DNA of 64,000 nucleotides from Devosia sp. (GCA_028290665.1 JAQGJK010000026.1:90861-154860); one strand, 5' to 3'; counted from the first letter of the stretch, positions 8,892-19,084 are shown. Numbers and translations: made by a program. Notes: generated from the sequence alone by a model not told the origin.

Positions 8892-9154
8892 TGGAAAAGT
8901 TCCTGCCGCACGAAATCGGGCGCTGGCTGACGGGCTCTTCGGGTCTGAAAACTGGAGATGAAGAAAACCGCGCCGCTACCCAGGGGTTAGCGAATAATGA
9001 GGCACGCGATAATGCAGGTGTTGCCGACGGTCTTCATGGAGCGGGACATTGGCGGGAACGCGCGCGGAAATCAAGGGGTCTGAAGATGTGGAGGGCCACT
9101 GCCTGGCCAACCGAACAGCAGAGCGGCCCTCGATGCATCAGCGGACCAGATCGA

Positions 9155-9829
9155 TCACATCGGCCCGATGCACTGCGCGGCCACTTCGTTGTGGATCGCC
9201 ATGACGTTTTCGTCGACGTCCTCGTAATCGCTGTAGCCATCGTACCAGCCGATCAGCTGATCGACCTCGGATTGGTCGAGCGGCAGTTCGTTGGTCATGC
9301 ATGAGCACACCGAGCCCTGGGTATCCTCATCGACGATACCGAAATCGGTCCAGTCGGTGGCAAAGCACGAATCAAAAAACACTGCGGTGTCGAAGCCCCC
9401 GGCGAGGCCGTCACCCTCGCTCACGTTATCCTCATCGACGGCGCCCGGGTCATAGCCATCGGCGAAGCCTTCAGTGACCATGCAGGTGTCCTGCGCTTCC
9501 GTGACGACGGCGTCGAGATCCTCGAAGGTGCCGTAATTCATCAGTTCTTCGTCGGTGGCATCGCCAGTCATCGACCGGGCGTAGATATCCGCGTCGGTAT
9601 CGGAAAGCTGCGGCTGCAGCTCGACGACGACGCACGCGCAAAAGCGCTCGATACCGGCATCCGGGCCGTCAAAGGCACCCACCAGTGTGTCGTAGATCAC
9701 CGGATCGTTGAGGCAGGCGTTAGCGAACGACGACATGTCCGCCTGCGCAAAACTCGCGCTCGGCGCACCGGCAAACGCAAAAAATGCAGCCGCCACGACC
9801 GCCAGCCCAAACTTGTTCATTTCAGCCAA
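9155..9829 (-). CDS. Secreted, very acidic, 8-Cys protein of unknown function with an internal duplication
   Basis: Signal peptide MNKFGLAVVAAAFFAFAGAPSASFAQA. The mature part is Asp/Glu-rich. The Cys pattern C..CxC..C occurs twice. Confidence 0.6.
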   Translation of the reverse strand: MAEMNKFGLAVVAAAFFAFAGAPSASFAQADMSSFANACLNDPVIYDTLVGAFDGPDAGIERFCACVVVELQPQLSDTDADIYARSMTGDATDEELMNYGTFEDLDAVVTEAQDTCMVTEGFADGYDPGAVDEDNVSEGDGLAGGFDTAVFFDSCFATDWTDFGIVDEDTQGSVCSCMTNELPLDQSEVDQLIGWYDGYSDYEDVDENVMAIHNEVAAQCIGPM

Positions 9830-10086
9830 AATCCCAATTCGACGTCAGACGCCTCTTGGCAGGCAATAACCACGAAGTCGCGATTGCCGCCAGTAAGGGC
9901 CGAACTTATCGACGAGTTGTCGAGACCGCTCGCAGCGTCAGCGCGGTTCCGCAGGTGCGGTTGCTTGGACCATGAGGTGATGCTCGCCTACCTCACATGC
10001 AGTTCCGCGCAGCCCGTGGGCTTCCCTTGTCCCAACCGCGCCTTTATTGAACGCAACATAGAGCCGTCGGCGGCAGGAGCTAAAGC

Positions 10087-11247
10087 GTGAACAGGAATGG
10101 GCGGTTGAGCGGTTGGGTGAATATCGCCCGCACGGCGGTCCTTCTCACGTTTGGCATGCTGATCCTTGGTCTCGATGTTACCACTGCGGTAGCTCAATCG
10201 AACAACTGCGCCCGCCTCGCCGCATCGCTGCGCACGCTTGAGCGCAATTCCGAGCTTCGCGATCTCGGCGGGACGCAAAGCGAAGCTGCGGCGGTCGCGC
10301 AAGAAGTCCAGAACGCCGAGAGCCGCTATGTCAGCGATGGCTGCAACGATGCCGCGCGCGCCGGCCAGACGCTGTCGAAAAGCTGCCAGCAGATCGCGCG
10401 CGTCATCGTTCGCGGCCGCACCAAATACACCGAGCTAACGTCGAGCCTCGAAACCGGCAATGGCCTCGCCCAACAGCGCGAAGCCATCCTGCAGGAGATT
10501 GCCCGCTTCGGCTGCGGCACGGATGGAGGCTCAAGCGTCGATTTTCAGGGCGGCGGCCAGCGCAAGACGCTGCTGGAGCAATTGTTTGGCTCCCCCGGCG
10601 GCGAGGAGCCGATCCCGGATGGGGCGATTTACGGCGACGAGTTCTCGGGCTTTCGCGATTACAACACGGTGCGCACCGTCTGCGTCCGCAAATGCGACGG
10701 CTATTACTGGCCGGTCAGCTATTCGACTCTCGTCGATTACGCTGGCAATGACGCACAGCAATGTGCCCAGCAATGCCCCGGCGCGGATACCGAGCTGTAT
10801 TATTATTCCAACCCCGGGCAGGAAGCCGAGCAAATGGTGTCGCTCTATGGCGAGGCCTACATGTCGCTGCCCAATGCCCTGCGCTACCGGGCGGAATACG
10901 ATCCGAGCTGCAGCTGCAAGGCGGCGGTAACGCTCGGCAGCATCAACCTCGGATCCGATACGCTTGGACAGTCGCGCGCGGTGATCGAATTCGGCGGCGC
11001 CAATTTCCCGCTGCCGATGCGGGACCCGCGCTCCGTTCCGCAAGTGGTCGCCGCGGTCGATACCACCGTTTACGCCAGCGTGCCCCTGCCCCGCAAACGC
11101 CCCGCCAAGGATGGCGAACCGGTGCCGGTGCAATCGGTCGAAGCCGGCGCCAATGATGAAATGCGGCTGGTACAGTTCGGCGACAAAGTGGTCAGGATAG
11201 TCGGTCCAGAGACGCCTTACGCCCAAGTAACGGCAGCAGGGACTTGA
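10087..11247 (+). CDS. DUF2865 domain-containing protein (signal/anchor N-terminus)
   Basis: GTG start. YNTVRTVCVRKCDGYYWPVSYST...AQQCAQQCPGADTELYYY...YDPSCSCK is the Cys-rich core I recognise as DUF2865, which is common in Rhizobiales. Confidence 0.7.
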   Translation: MNRNGRLSGWVNIARTAVLLTFGMLILGLDVTTAVAQSNNCARLAASLRTLERNSELRDLGGTQSEAAAVAQEVQNAESRYVSDGCNDAARAGQTLSKSCQQIARVIVRGRTKYTELTSSLETGNGLAQQREAILQEIARFGCGTDGGSSVDFQGGGQRKTLLEQLFGSPGGEEPIPDGAIYGDEFSGFRDYNTVRTVCVRKCDGYYWPVSYSTLVDYAGNDAQQCAQQCPGADTELYYYSNPGQEAEQMVSLYGEAYMSLPNALRYRAEYDPSCSCKAAVTLGSINLGSDTLGQSRAVIEFGGANFPLPMRDPRSVPQVVAAVDTTVYASVPLPRKRPAKDGEPVPVQSVEAGANDEMRLVQFGDKVVRIVGPETPYAQVTAAGT

Positions 11248-12517
11248 GTTCCGGGCCATCGTGACGGCCGGTCAGCGCCATTCTGAGCGGCATGAACAGT
11301 TCCCGCCCCTTGCGGCCGCTGGCGGTTTTCACCGCACCGGTCCAGGCGCCCCAGGTGGTCTCATCCCAAGGCTCGGCTGGTAGCAAATCGCGCGCCGTGG
11401 CGATGAACTCTCGATCGGCAGCTTCGATCACCGGCGTTATCGGGCCGGTCACCAGCTTGGCCAGTTCCACGATATCATCGAATTTCTGCAGGTTCGGCCG
11501 CAACGTGTTCCATAGCCGCACATCGGCGAGACCGAGTGCTTCGAGCCGCGGCGTCGCGGTTTCAAACGCCATGCCGTGCAAGATCCGGGCGTTCAGCGCA
11601 GCCAGTTCCGCTGGATCGAAGCGGGCCGGTCCGTGCGAAATCATCGAGAGTTCCAGCGCATCCGCCAGCGCCGCAAGGTCAGCGTAGGGTTCGACGGCGA
11701 GCGACGTCCCGGTCAGCACCGCGATGGTCGCCACCGCCAGGGCCTCGAATCCCTGTTCGCGCAGATCGGACAGGGACAGCGACCCAAGGCGTTTCGAAAA
11801 CCCCTGCCCTTCGGCGTCGGTCAGCAGGTTATGGTGCGCGAACACCGGCACCGTGCCACCCAGCGCCTCGAAGATTTCGATCTGCGTACCGGTATTGGAC
11901 ACATGATCCTCGCCGCGGATCACATGGGTGATGCCGAGATCGATGTCGTCGACCACCGAGGGCAGCGTGTAGAGATAGCTGCCGTCCTCGCGCATCAGCA
12001 CAGGGTCGGACATCGAGGCGGTGTTGACGGTCTGCGGGCCCTTGATCAGGTCGGTGAACTGCACCGGCTTGCCTTCGAGCCGGAACCGCCAGTGCGGTTT
12101 CCTGCCGCCGGCCTCCAGCGCCGCCCGTTCGGCATCCGACAGCGCCAGCGCGGCCCGGTCATAGAGCGGCGGCTTGTTGACCAGCCGCGCCCGCGCGCGC
12201 ATCCGCTCCAGTTCATCCTCGGTCTCGTACGCCGGGTACAACCGCCCCGAGGCGATCAGCCGGTCGCGCGCCGCATTATAAAGCGCCGTGCGTTCGGATT
12301 GCCGCACCAGCAGGTCCGGCGTGATCCCCAGCCAGTCGAGATCGCGCTCGATGCCATCGGCGCTGTCGCGGGTCGAACGGGCGAAATCGGTGTCGTCCAT
12401 GCGCAGCACGTAACTGCCGCCGGTGCGCAGCTTATACAGCCAGTTGAGCAGCGCCGGCCGTGCATTGCCAAGATGGATGCGGCCGGTCGGCGACGGCGCA
12501 TAACGGACGCGGGTCAC
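11192..12517 (-). CDS. gltX: Glutamate--tRNA ligase
   Basis: RYAPSPTGRIHLGNAR (HIGH-type motif) and GFSKRLGS (KMSKS-type). 441 aa. GTG start overlaps the nadE stop (GTGA). Confidence 0.9.
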   Translation of the reverse strand: MTRVRYAPSPTGRIHLGNARPALLNWLYKLRTGGSYVLRMDDTDFARSTRDSADGIERDLDWLGITPDLLVRQSERTALYNAARDRLIASGRLYPAYETEDELERMRARARLVNKPPLYDRAALALSDAERAALEAGGRKPHWRFRLEGKPVQFTDLIKGPQTVNTASMSDPVLMREDGSYLYTLPSVVDDIDLGITHVIRGEDHVSNTGTQIEIFEALGGTVPVFAHHNLLTDAEGQGFSKRLGSLSLSDLREQGFEALAVATIAVLTGTSLAVEPYADLAALADALELSMISHGPARFDPAELAALNARILHGMAFETATPRLEALGLADVRLWNTLRPNLQKFDDIVELAKLVTGPITPVIEAADREFIATARDLLPAEPWDETTWGAWTGAVKTASGRKGRELFMPLRMALTGRHDGPELKSLLPLLGRKASLDRLS

Positions 12518-14226
12518 TCGACACCGTGGTGGCGGATAGCCGGAGGCGCCGGGTCCTTGGTCGTGCCGCTGTCGTCGCGATAGCCATTGGTGATCGGATA
12601 TTTCCGCCCCAGCCCCAGCGCTTTTTTGGTCATCTTGACGCCGGGCGCCGCCTGCCGCCGTTTGAACTCGGCGATGCTGAGCAAATGTTCGATGCGCTTG
12701 ACCGTTGCCAGGTCATAACCCTTGATGACAATCTCGCGGATGCTCAGTTCCTCCTCGACCAGCATTTCGAGGATGGCGTCGAGCACCGGATAGGGTGGCA
12801 GCGAATCCTGGTCGGTCTGGTTGGGCCGAAGTTCGGCACTCGGCGCCTTGTCGATGATCGCCTGTGGGATGACGACGCCGGCGGGTCCAAGGCAATCGCC
12901 CGGCAGGTGCTTGTTGCGCCAATCGGCCAGCCGGTACACCTGCATCTTCAGCAAGTCCTTCAGCGGATTAAAACCGCCATTCATGTCGCCATAGATCGTC
13001 GCATAACCGACTGACATCTCGGACTTGTTGCCGGTGGTGATCAGCAGATGGCCGAACTTGTTGGACACTGCCATCAGCATGAGCCCGCGCATCCGCGACT
13101 GCATATTCTCCTCGGTCAGGTCTTCCTTGAAACCGTGGAACAACCCCGAAAGTTCGGTCTTGACCGCATCGACCGGACTGCCGATGGACACCACATCGTA
13201 GCGCACGCCGAGTTTGGCGGCGCAGTCGAGCGCATCGGTCAGACTCTCCTTCGAGGTGTACCGATACGGCAGCATGAGGCAGTGCACCTTGTCGGCCCCG
13301 AGTGCATCGACGGCCATCGCAGCGACCACCGCACTGTCGATGCCCCCGGAAAGCCCAAGCACCACAGACTTGAAGCCGTTTTTCTGCACGTAATCCCTGA
13401 GCCCCAGCACGCAGGCGCGCCACGGGGTTTCATCGATAGATGGCAGCGTTTCGACGTCTTCCTTGACGCAGCGCCAGCCATTGTCGGTGTGCTGCCAGTC
13501 GGTGACGATGAAATCGGTCTCGAAGCTCTTGCTCTGCAGCACCAGCCGGTCGCCCGGCTCGATGGCAAAGCTCGCCCCGTCATAGACCAGTTCGTCCTGT
13601 CCGCCGACCTGGTTGAGGTAGAGCAGCGGCACATTGTCCTCGCGGACCCGCGCCTTCACCAGTTTCTTGCGGGTATCCTGCTTGTTTTTCCAGTAGGGCG
13701 AGCCGTTCGGGCACAGCAGGATGCGCGCACCCTGATCGACCAGATGGCTGCAGACCTCGGCGTGCCAGATGTCCTCGCAGATCGGCACCCCGATCGACAC
13801 ACCCTTGATGCTCAGCGGTTCGGCCAGCGGACCGGGGGTAAAATAGCGCTTCTCGAAGAACACATCGTCATTGGGCAGTTCGCGCTTGTAGCGCCGCGCC
13901 ACGATCTCGCCGGCCTCGGCCAGCAACACGGCATTGTACAGTTTCCCAGCCTCGAGCCACAGCGTCGGCAGGATCAGGCTGACTTCGGTGCCCGCCGTCG
14001 CGGCGCACAGTGCCTCGGCCGCCGCCATCGCGTCGGCGACAAATTGCGGCTTGAACAGCAAATCCTCGGGGAAATAGCCGGTAAGGAACAGCTCGGAAAA
14101 CAGCAGGATATCGGCCTTGGCCGCAACTGCATCGGCGAGCGCAGTGCGGCCGAGCGCAAGGTTGGCTACAAGTGCGCCGACCTTGGGGTTGAGCTGGGCA
14201 AGCGCGATGCGCAGGCGGTTGGTCAC
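12514..14226 (-). CDS. nadE: Glutamine-dependent NAD+ synthetase
   Basis: N-terminal CN-hydrolase domain (LRIALAQLNP...LLFSELFLTGY...PICEDIWH) and C-terminal PP-loop synthetase (VVLGLSGGIDSAV). Confidence 0.9.
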   Translation of the reverse strand: MTNRLRIALAQLNPKVGALVANLALGRTALADAVAAKADILLFSELFLTGYFPEDLLFKPQFVADAMAAAEALCAATAGTEVSLILPTLWLEAGKLYNAVLLAEAGEIVARRYKRELPNDDVFFEKRYFTPGPLAEPLSIKGVSIGVPICEDIWHAEVCSHLVDQGARILLCPNGSPYWKNKQDTRKKLVKARVREDNVPLLYLNQVGGQDELVYDGASFAIEPGDRLVLQSKSFETDFIVTDWQHTDNGWRCVKEDVETLPSIDETPWRACVLGLRDYVQKNGFKSVVLGLSGGIDSAVVAAMAVDALGADKVHCLMLPYRYTSKESLTDALDCAAKLGVRYDVVSIGSPVDAVKTELSGLFHGFKEDLTEENMQSRMRGLMLMAVSNKFGHLLITTGNKSEMSVGYATIYGDMNGGFNPLKDLLKMQVYRLADWRNKHLPGDCLGPAGVVIPQAIIDKAPSAELRPNQTDQDSLPPYPVLDAILEMLVEEELSIREIVIKGYDLATVKRIEHLLSIAEFKRRQAAPGVKMTKKALGLGRKYPITNGYRDDSGTTKDPAPPAIRHHGVE

Positions 14227-14244
14227 TGGAAATTCCCGCGTCGA

Positions 14245-14293
14245 AAACGAAGCGGAAAAGACTTAGCCGCTCACCCCGGGAGGGGCAAGCGGC
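14245..14293 (-). terminator. Candidate intrinsic terminator after the outer-membrane protein gene
   Basis: Minus strand reads GCCGCTtgCCCCtcccGGGGtgAGCGGC followed by the T-rich TAAGTCTTTTCCGCTTCGTTTTCG. Confidence 0.4.
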
Positions 14294-14318
14294 GCAAGCC
14301 GGCCAGAGAGTGTTGGCG

Positions 14319-15392
14319 TTAGAACTTCCAGGTCAGCTCGGCGAGGGCGCCGTAGCGGAACAGGTTGGCGTAGTCGCTGGCCAAGATGTAGCGCTGCGTC
14401 GACACCGAGGGCGGGATTTCATAGACGCCATCGCCGATGGCGTCGTTGATGCCATCGGCATCGGTATCAACCGGATTGAGATCCTGCGGATCGGTCACCG
14501 TCGCCGTGTCGAAGCTGGCATCGAGCTGGCCCTGCAGGTACCAGGCACGACCGCCGACGCGGATGGTCAGGTTTTCGGTCGGGTGGAACCCAACCATCAG
14601 TTCACCGGCGCCACCGAACCCGAACCCGTTCAGCGCCGTCGCCGAACTCTTGTAGGTCGTGGTGTTGCCGATGCTCAAGGGCGGGAGTTCGTGTGCGCCG
14701 AGGGTGCCGCTGATCCAGGCGTACGGGATTGCTGCGACTTCCGCCTGGATATCGAAGAACTCGCCCAGTTCGGCCTTTGCAGTGAAGCCGAGGCGCAGCG
14801 CATGGATGTCGAGATTGTCGACGGCGCTGTCGCCGCCAAAACTGTAGGTCGGGCTGCCATTGGCCCAGGAGATATCGTCGCTGGAATTGATGATGGCAAA
14901 GTCGCCGCGGCCGATGTTGGGCGAGTCATTCCAATACTGGTAACCGGCAAGGCCGCCAATCTGGATGCTCTCGCCATTGCCGAACGGCAACCAGCCGAAG
15001 TCACCGACCGCATAGGCCACACGACCAGGGATCACCTCCCCTGTCGTACCGGCAAAATCATAGGTACCGCCCATGGCGAAGGAGTGGCCGGCATAGCCCT
15101 TGAGGTAGGTCGAGGTACCGCTGTCCTCGATCTTGGCATAGACTTCGCCTGAATGGGACTGGTCGTTCACGCCCACGGTCAGCCCGCCGAAATCGGCTTT
15201 GGTGGCTCCCCAGGAGTACCAATAACGGACCCCGAGTTCGAAGCCGAGCGAGTCGCCTTCGTTCGAGCCGTCCCAATCCTCTGGATAGGCCGGACGGAAT
15301 TCATCTTCAAAGCCGTAGTCCGCTGCAAGTGCGGGCGCGGCAAGCATGAGCGTCGCCATGGCGACGGAAAGGGAGGGGACCAAGCGGAACAT
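14319..15392 (-). CDS. Outer-membrane beta-barrel protein (porin-like)
   Basis: Signal peptide MFRLVPSLSVAMATLMLAAPALA. Alternating aromatic/Gly-rich strands. C-terminal ...ALAELTWKF with a terminal Phe. Start taken at the second ATG (15392). Confidence 0.65.
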   Translation of the reverse strand: MFRLVPSLSVAMATLMLAAPALAADYGFEDEFRPAYPEDWDGSNEGDSLGFELGVRYWYSWGATKADFGGLTVGVNDQSHSGEVYAKIEDSGTSTYLKGYAGHSFAMGGTYDFAGTTGEVIPGRVAYAVGDFGWLPFGNGESIQIGGLAGYQYWNDSPNIGRGDFAIINSSDDISWANGSPTYSFGGDSAVDNLDIHALRLGFTAKAELGEFFDIQAEVAAIPYAWISGTLGAHELPPLSIGNTTTYKSSATALNGFGFGGAGELMVGFHPTENLTIRVGGRAWYLQGQLDASFDTATVTDPQDLNPVDTDADGINDAIGDGVYEIPPSVSTQRYILASDYANLFRYGALAELTWKF

Positions 15393-15532
15393 GAGATCCT
15401 CAGAAAGCACTGGTTTACATTGCGTCTGGTCCTATTCATGGGGCATTAGGGTTAATGTTCCGCTAAACGTCGCCCGGTTTTTCAGCCAGACTGCAAAGGC
15501 AAAACGACAGCCATTTACTGATTGAGAACCCT

Positions 15533-15583
15533 GTTGCAACAACTTGCTTCAAATTGCACGTAAAGCAGGTCCGCCACGTGCAA
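15533..15583. promoter_or_regulatory. Candidate operator cluster in the divergent OMP / response-regulator intergenic region
   Basis: Palindrome GTTGCAAC (15533-15540). Three TTGC motifs at 10-nt phasing (15534, 15544, 15554). Inverted repeat TTGCACGT-N14-ACGTGCAA (15554-15583). Confidence 0.25.
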
Positions 15584-15655
15584 CCTCGCACCCCCCTTGC
15601 GTGTTCACATCCCGAGCCCATGCTAGGCGACCCGCACCAGACTTAGAGTTTTTAG

Positions 15656-16054
15656 ATGACCTGCCGCGTACTGGTTGTTGAGGACGAGATTTTCGTCGCC
15701 ATTGGGATCGAGAATATGCTGATCGATCTCGGCTACGAGCCCGTCGGTATCGCTGCGGACAGCATCAGCGCGTTGAAACTCGCCTCGCAGTCGGACGTGG
15801 CGTTGATTGACCTGAACTTACAGGACGGTCCGACTGGGCCCGATCTCGGACGGCGGTTGGCGCAGGACCATGGGATCACCGTGGTTTATCTCACGGCCAA
15901 CCCGGCGCAGCTTGGCCATGGTATTCCCGGAACCCTGGGCGTACTGCCGAAGCCGGTAAATGATGATGAATTGCGCAGCGCTGTAAACTACGCCGTCTCA
16001 AATCGGCAGAATCGTTACGCAGCACCCCCGGCACGGATGCGGATTTTCAACTGA
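15656..16054 (+). CDS. Single-domain response regulator (receiver only)
   Basis: 132 aa. RVLVVEDE, acceptor context DVALIDLNLQDG, YLTANP. No output domain. Confidence 0.85.
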   Translation: MTCRVLVVEDEIFVAIGIENMLIDLGYEPVGIAADSISALKLASQSDVALIDLNLQDGPTGPDLGRRLAQDHGITVVYLTANPAQLGHGIPGTLGVLPKPVNDDELRSAVNYAVSNRQNRYAAPPARMRIFN

Positions 16055-16056
16055 TA

Positions 16057-17568
16057 TCAGTGCGTAAGCCGATTGCTGCGGCTCAGTGATTCCTTCGGTA
16101 TCGCAAGTTCGACCCGCAGTCCGTCCGCTTCCCAGTGCTGGGCCATGGTGCCGCGCAACTGGCCCTCCACGCTGAGCTGTACCAGGCGCGAACCGAAACC
16201 TCCCTGCGTCGGCGGAAGGCCAGAAATTGCCGGTCCGCCGTACTCTTTCCAGGTCATCAAATAGCTGTCGCCATCGGCTTTGCCGGTGAGCGTGATGAAC
16301 CCGTCCGGCTGCGACAGGGCGCCGTATTTGGCCGAATTCGTCGCCAGTTCGTGGAACAGCAGCGCCAAGGGCGTCGCAGCTCCATCATCGATATGAGCAT
16401 CGTCGCCCACTGTCTGCACCCGCTCGCCACTGTCGCGATAGGGGCTCAGCAGTTCACTCACCAGGGCATGCAGGGAACTGGGATTGGCGAGCGGCTGGGA
16501 GGCGGAACTGTGCGGTCGGATGAAGTCATGGGCCTTGCCAAGCGCCAGGATGCGTTGCCGCAACTCGTTCGAAAGTTCCCGCATTTCCGGGTAGGACCGA
16601 GCCGAAAGCCCGACGATGCCCGACAGCACCGAAAAAATATTCTTGATCCGGTGGCTGAGTTCCTGCGCCACGAGTTCGCGCTCCTCGGCCGCGAGCCGGG
16701 TCTCGTGAATATCCGTCAGCGTCCCGAACCAGCGGACGATATCGCCCTTGTCATTGCGCACCGGCAGCGCCCGTCCCAGCACCCAGCGATAGTCGCCGCT
16801 GTGATGGCGCAAGCGGTATTCGATCTGATACGGCGCGCCGGTCGCCAGTGACTCGCGCCAGACCTCCCAGGCCCGTTGCTGGTCGTCCGGGTGAAACACA
16901 CCGTTCCACCCCTCCCCGTCGGTCGTACCCGGCACTGTTCCGGTGAACTCGTACCAGCGGGCATTGTAATAATCGTGATTGCCGTCCGGCAGCGTCGACC
17001 AGACCATTTGCGGCATGGTGTCGGCAAGCGTACGAAAACGAAGTTCGCTGTCATCGCGAGCGACTTCAGCCCTGACGCGTGCCGTCGTCTCCTGAACGAT
17101 GACAAGTATGGCAAGCGGATGGCCTGCGTTGTCGAGTACCGGGCTGTAGCTCATGTTGATGTGCAGCGGTTGCAGCGTGCCGTCACGGTCAAGGGTCATC
17201 GGCAAATCGAACAATGCCCAGGTTTCGCCGGCAAAACCGCGCCGCATGTTTTCGGCGTTAAGATCGGCGATTTCCGGCCAGGCCTTGAGCACCGGCTTGC
17301 CGAAAATTTCGGGATGCCTGTTGCCAGCGAATTCTGCATAGCCAGTATTATAGATCAGGACCCCGTCCCGCTCTCCGGCTAGCAAAACCATTGGCACAGT
17401 CGAGGTCAGCACCATCCGGACGGCCGATTTAAGCGCTTCGGGCCACTCCGGGACCGGGCCAAGCGAAGTTGTGGACCAGTCAAAGCTGTTTGCCAGACGA
17501 ATGACCTCGTTCTCTTCGAGGCGGGCCTTGGTAGCGGGATCGGAATTCGGAAAAAAGGTCTTGGGCAT
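16057..17568 (-). CDS. PAS-domain sensor histidine kinase, HWE family
   Basis: Two PAS-like segments. H-box ELSHRIKNIFSVL is typical of HWE/HisKA_2 kinases, followed by a C-terminal ATPase region. Start at ATG 17568 (MPKTFF). The ORF-track start at 17607 is the alternative. Confidence 0.8.
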   Translation of the reverse strand: MPKTFFPNSDPATKARLEENEVIRLANSFDWSTTSLGPVPEWPEALKSAVRMVLTSTVPMVLLAGERDGVLIYNTGYAEFAGNRHPEIFGKPVLKAWPEIADLNAENMRRGFAGETWALFDLPMTLDRDGTLQPLHINMSYSPVLDNAGHPLAILVIVQETTARVRAEVARDDSELRFRTLADTMPQMVWSTLPDGNHDYYNARWYEFTGTVPGTTDGEGWNGVFHPDDQQRAWEVWRESLATGAPYQIEYRLRHHSGDYRWVLGRALPVRNDKGDIVRWFGTLTDIHETRLAAEERELVAQELSHRIKNIFSVLSGIVGLSARSYPEMRELSNELRQRILALGKAHDFIRPHSSASQPLANPSSLHALVSELLSPYRDSGERVQTVGDDAHIDDGAATPLALLFHELATNSAKYGALSQPDGFITLTGKADGDSYLMTWKEYGGPAISGLPPTQGGFGSRLVQLSVEGQLRGTMAQHWEADGLRVELAIPKESLSRSNRLTH

Positions 17569-17686
17569 CGGTCCTGTTTCGGGCCGTCGCGGCTGCTGGC
17601 GACGCATCGGCGCCGATAGCGCGGCGCAAGTTAAAGTTAGCAGCCACGACTCCCGTCGTCTCTACCGTTTATTGCTGCCCGACTGC

Positions 17687-19084
17687 TCAGGCGCCAATGG
17701 CGGCACGTTGCCGCGCCGGCTTTTGCGCATCGATCTCCTCGGCGACGAGGAAGGCCAGTTCCAGCGATTGACTGGCATTGAGCCGCGGATCGCAATAGGT
17801 GTGATAGCGGTCCTTGAGCGTGCCCTCGGTCACCGCCGACACGCCGCCAACGCATTCGGTCACATCGTCGCCGGTCATTTCTACATGAATGCCGCCGGCA
17901 TAGGTGCCAAGGCTCCGGTGCACCGCAAAGAACGACTGCACCTCGCTCAGCACCCGGTCGAATGGCCGGGTCTTGTAGCCAGTCGAGGCCTTGATGGTAT
18001 TGCCGTGCATGGGGTCGCAACACCACACCACGATCTTGCCGTTGCGCTTGACCGTCTCGATCAGGCGCGGCAGATGGTCTTCGACTTTATCGGAGCCGAA
18101 GCGGGCTATCAGGGTAATGCGCCCCGGTTCATTGTCGGGGCTCAAAATATCGAGCAGCCGGTTCAAATCATCTGCGGTCAGCGTCGGGCCGCACTTGATG
18201 CCGATCGGGTTCATGATGCCGGCGAAATACTCGACATGCCCGGCTTCGGGCTGCCGGGTGCGATCACCGATCCACAGCATGTGGCCAGAGGTTGCGTACC
18301 AGTCATTGGTGATCGAATCCCGCCGCGTCAGCGCTTCCTCGTAGCCGAGCAGCAGCGCCTCGTGGCTGGTGTAGAACCGCGTCTCCCGCAGCGACGGGGT
18401 GTTTTCCGGGGTGATCCCGAGCGCCCGCATGAACTCGATGGCATCATCGATCTTGGTCGCCAGCTGCTCGAATCGCGGATAAGCGCTCGAGCCCTTCATG
18501 AACCCCATGGTCCATTCGTGGACCCGCGCCAGGTCGGCAAAGCCACCCGACGCGAAAGCCCGCAGCAGGTTGAGCGTCGCCGCTGACTGGCGGTAAGCCA
18601 TCAGCAGCCGCTGCGGATCAGGCGTGCGGGCCGTTGCCGTGAAGTCGATGTCGTTGACGATGTCGCCACGATAGCTCGGCAAGGTGACACCATCGATGGT
18701 TTCGGTATCGGCCGAGCGCGGCTTGGCGAATTGCCCGGCGATGCGACCGATCTTGACCACCGGCTTGCTGGCGCCGTGCGTCAGCACAATCGCCATCTGC
18801 AGGAACACCCGGAAGAAGTCCCGGATGTGGTCGGCACCGTGCTCGGCAAAGCTTTCGGCGCAATCGCCGCCTTGCAAGAGAAAAGCATTGCCGCGGGCGA
18901 CTTCAGCGAGATGGGCCTTCAGATCCCGCGCTTCGCCCGCGAACACCAGCGGCGGAAAGGTCGCCAATTGCCGTTCGGCATCGGCCAGTGCAACGCTGTC
19001 GGGATAGGCCGGAACTTGCTGGATCGGCTTGTCGCGCCAGCTGTGCGGAGTCCAGGTGCTGGGGGTCCGGCTGCTCATTATCAT
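17687..19084 (-). CDS. Class II 3-deoxy-7-phosphoheptulonate (DAHP) synthase
   Basis: [19 protein letters not shown]...[12 protein letters not shown]...[12 protein letters not shown] are class II DAHPS hallmarks. Start placed at MIMSSRT (19084). Confidence 0.85.
   Translation of the reverse strand: MIMSSRTPSTWTPHSWRDKPIQQVPAYPDSVALADAERQLATFPPLVFAGEARDLKAHLAEVARGNAFLLQGGDCAESFAEHGADHIRDFFRVFLQMAIVLTHGASKPVVKIGRIAGQFAKPRSADTETIDGVTLPSYRGDIVNDIDFTATARTPDPQRLLMAYRQSAATLNLLRAFASGGFADLARVHEWTMGFMKGSSAYPRFEQLATKIDDAIEFMRALGITPENTPSLRETRFYTSHEALLLGYEEALTRRDSITNDWYATSGHMLWIGDRTRQPEAGHVEYFAGIMNPIGIKCGPTLTADDLNRLLDILSPDNEPGRITLIARFGSDKVEDHLPRLIETVKRNGKIVVWCCDPMHGNTIKASTGYKTRPFDRVLSEVQSFFAVHRSLGTYAGGIHVEMTGDDVTECVGGVSAVTEGTLKDRYHTYCDPRLNASQSLELAFLVAEEIDAQKPARQRAAIGA

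Noticed and set aside
8892-9154. Possible leader/T-box or sRNA in the 263-nt region upstream of cysS.
   Set aside because: I found no specifier or T-box-like conserved elements and no convincing terminator/antiterminator pair. T-box control is not expected in this lineage.
15451-15530. GGAAC/GAGAAC elements in the OMP/response-regulator spacer, considered as additional EcfG promoters.
   Set aside because: Neither is followed by a (C/A)GTT element at 16-17 nt spacing on either strand.
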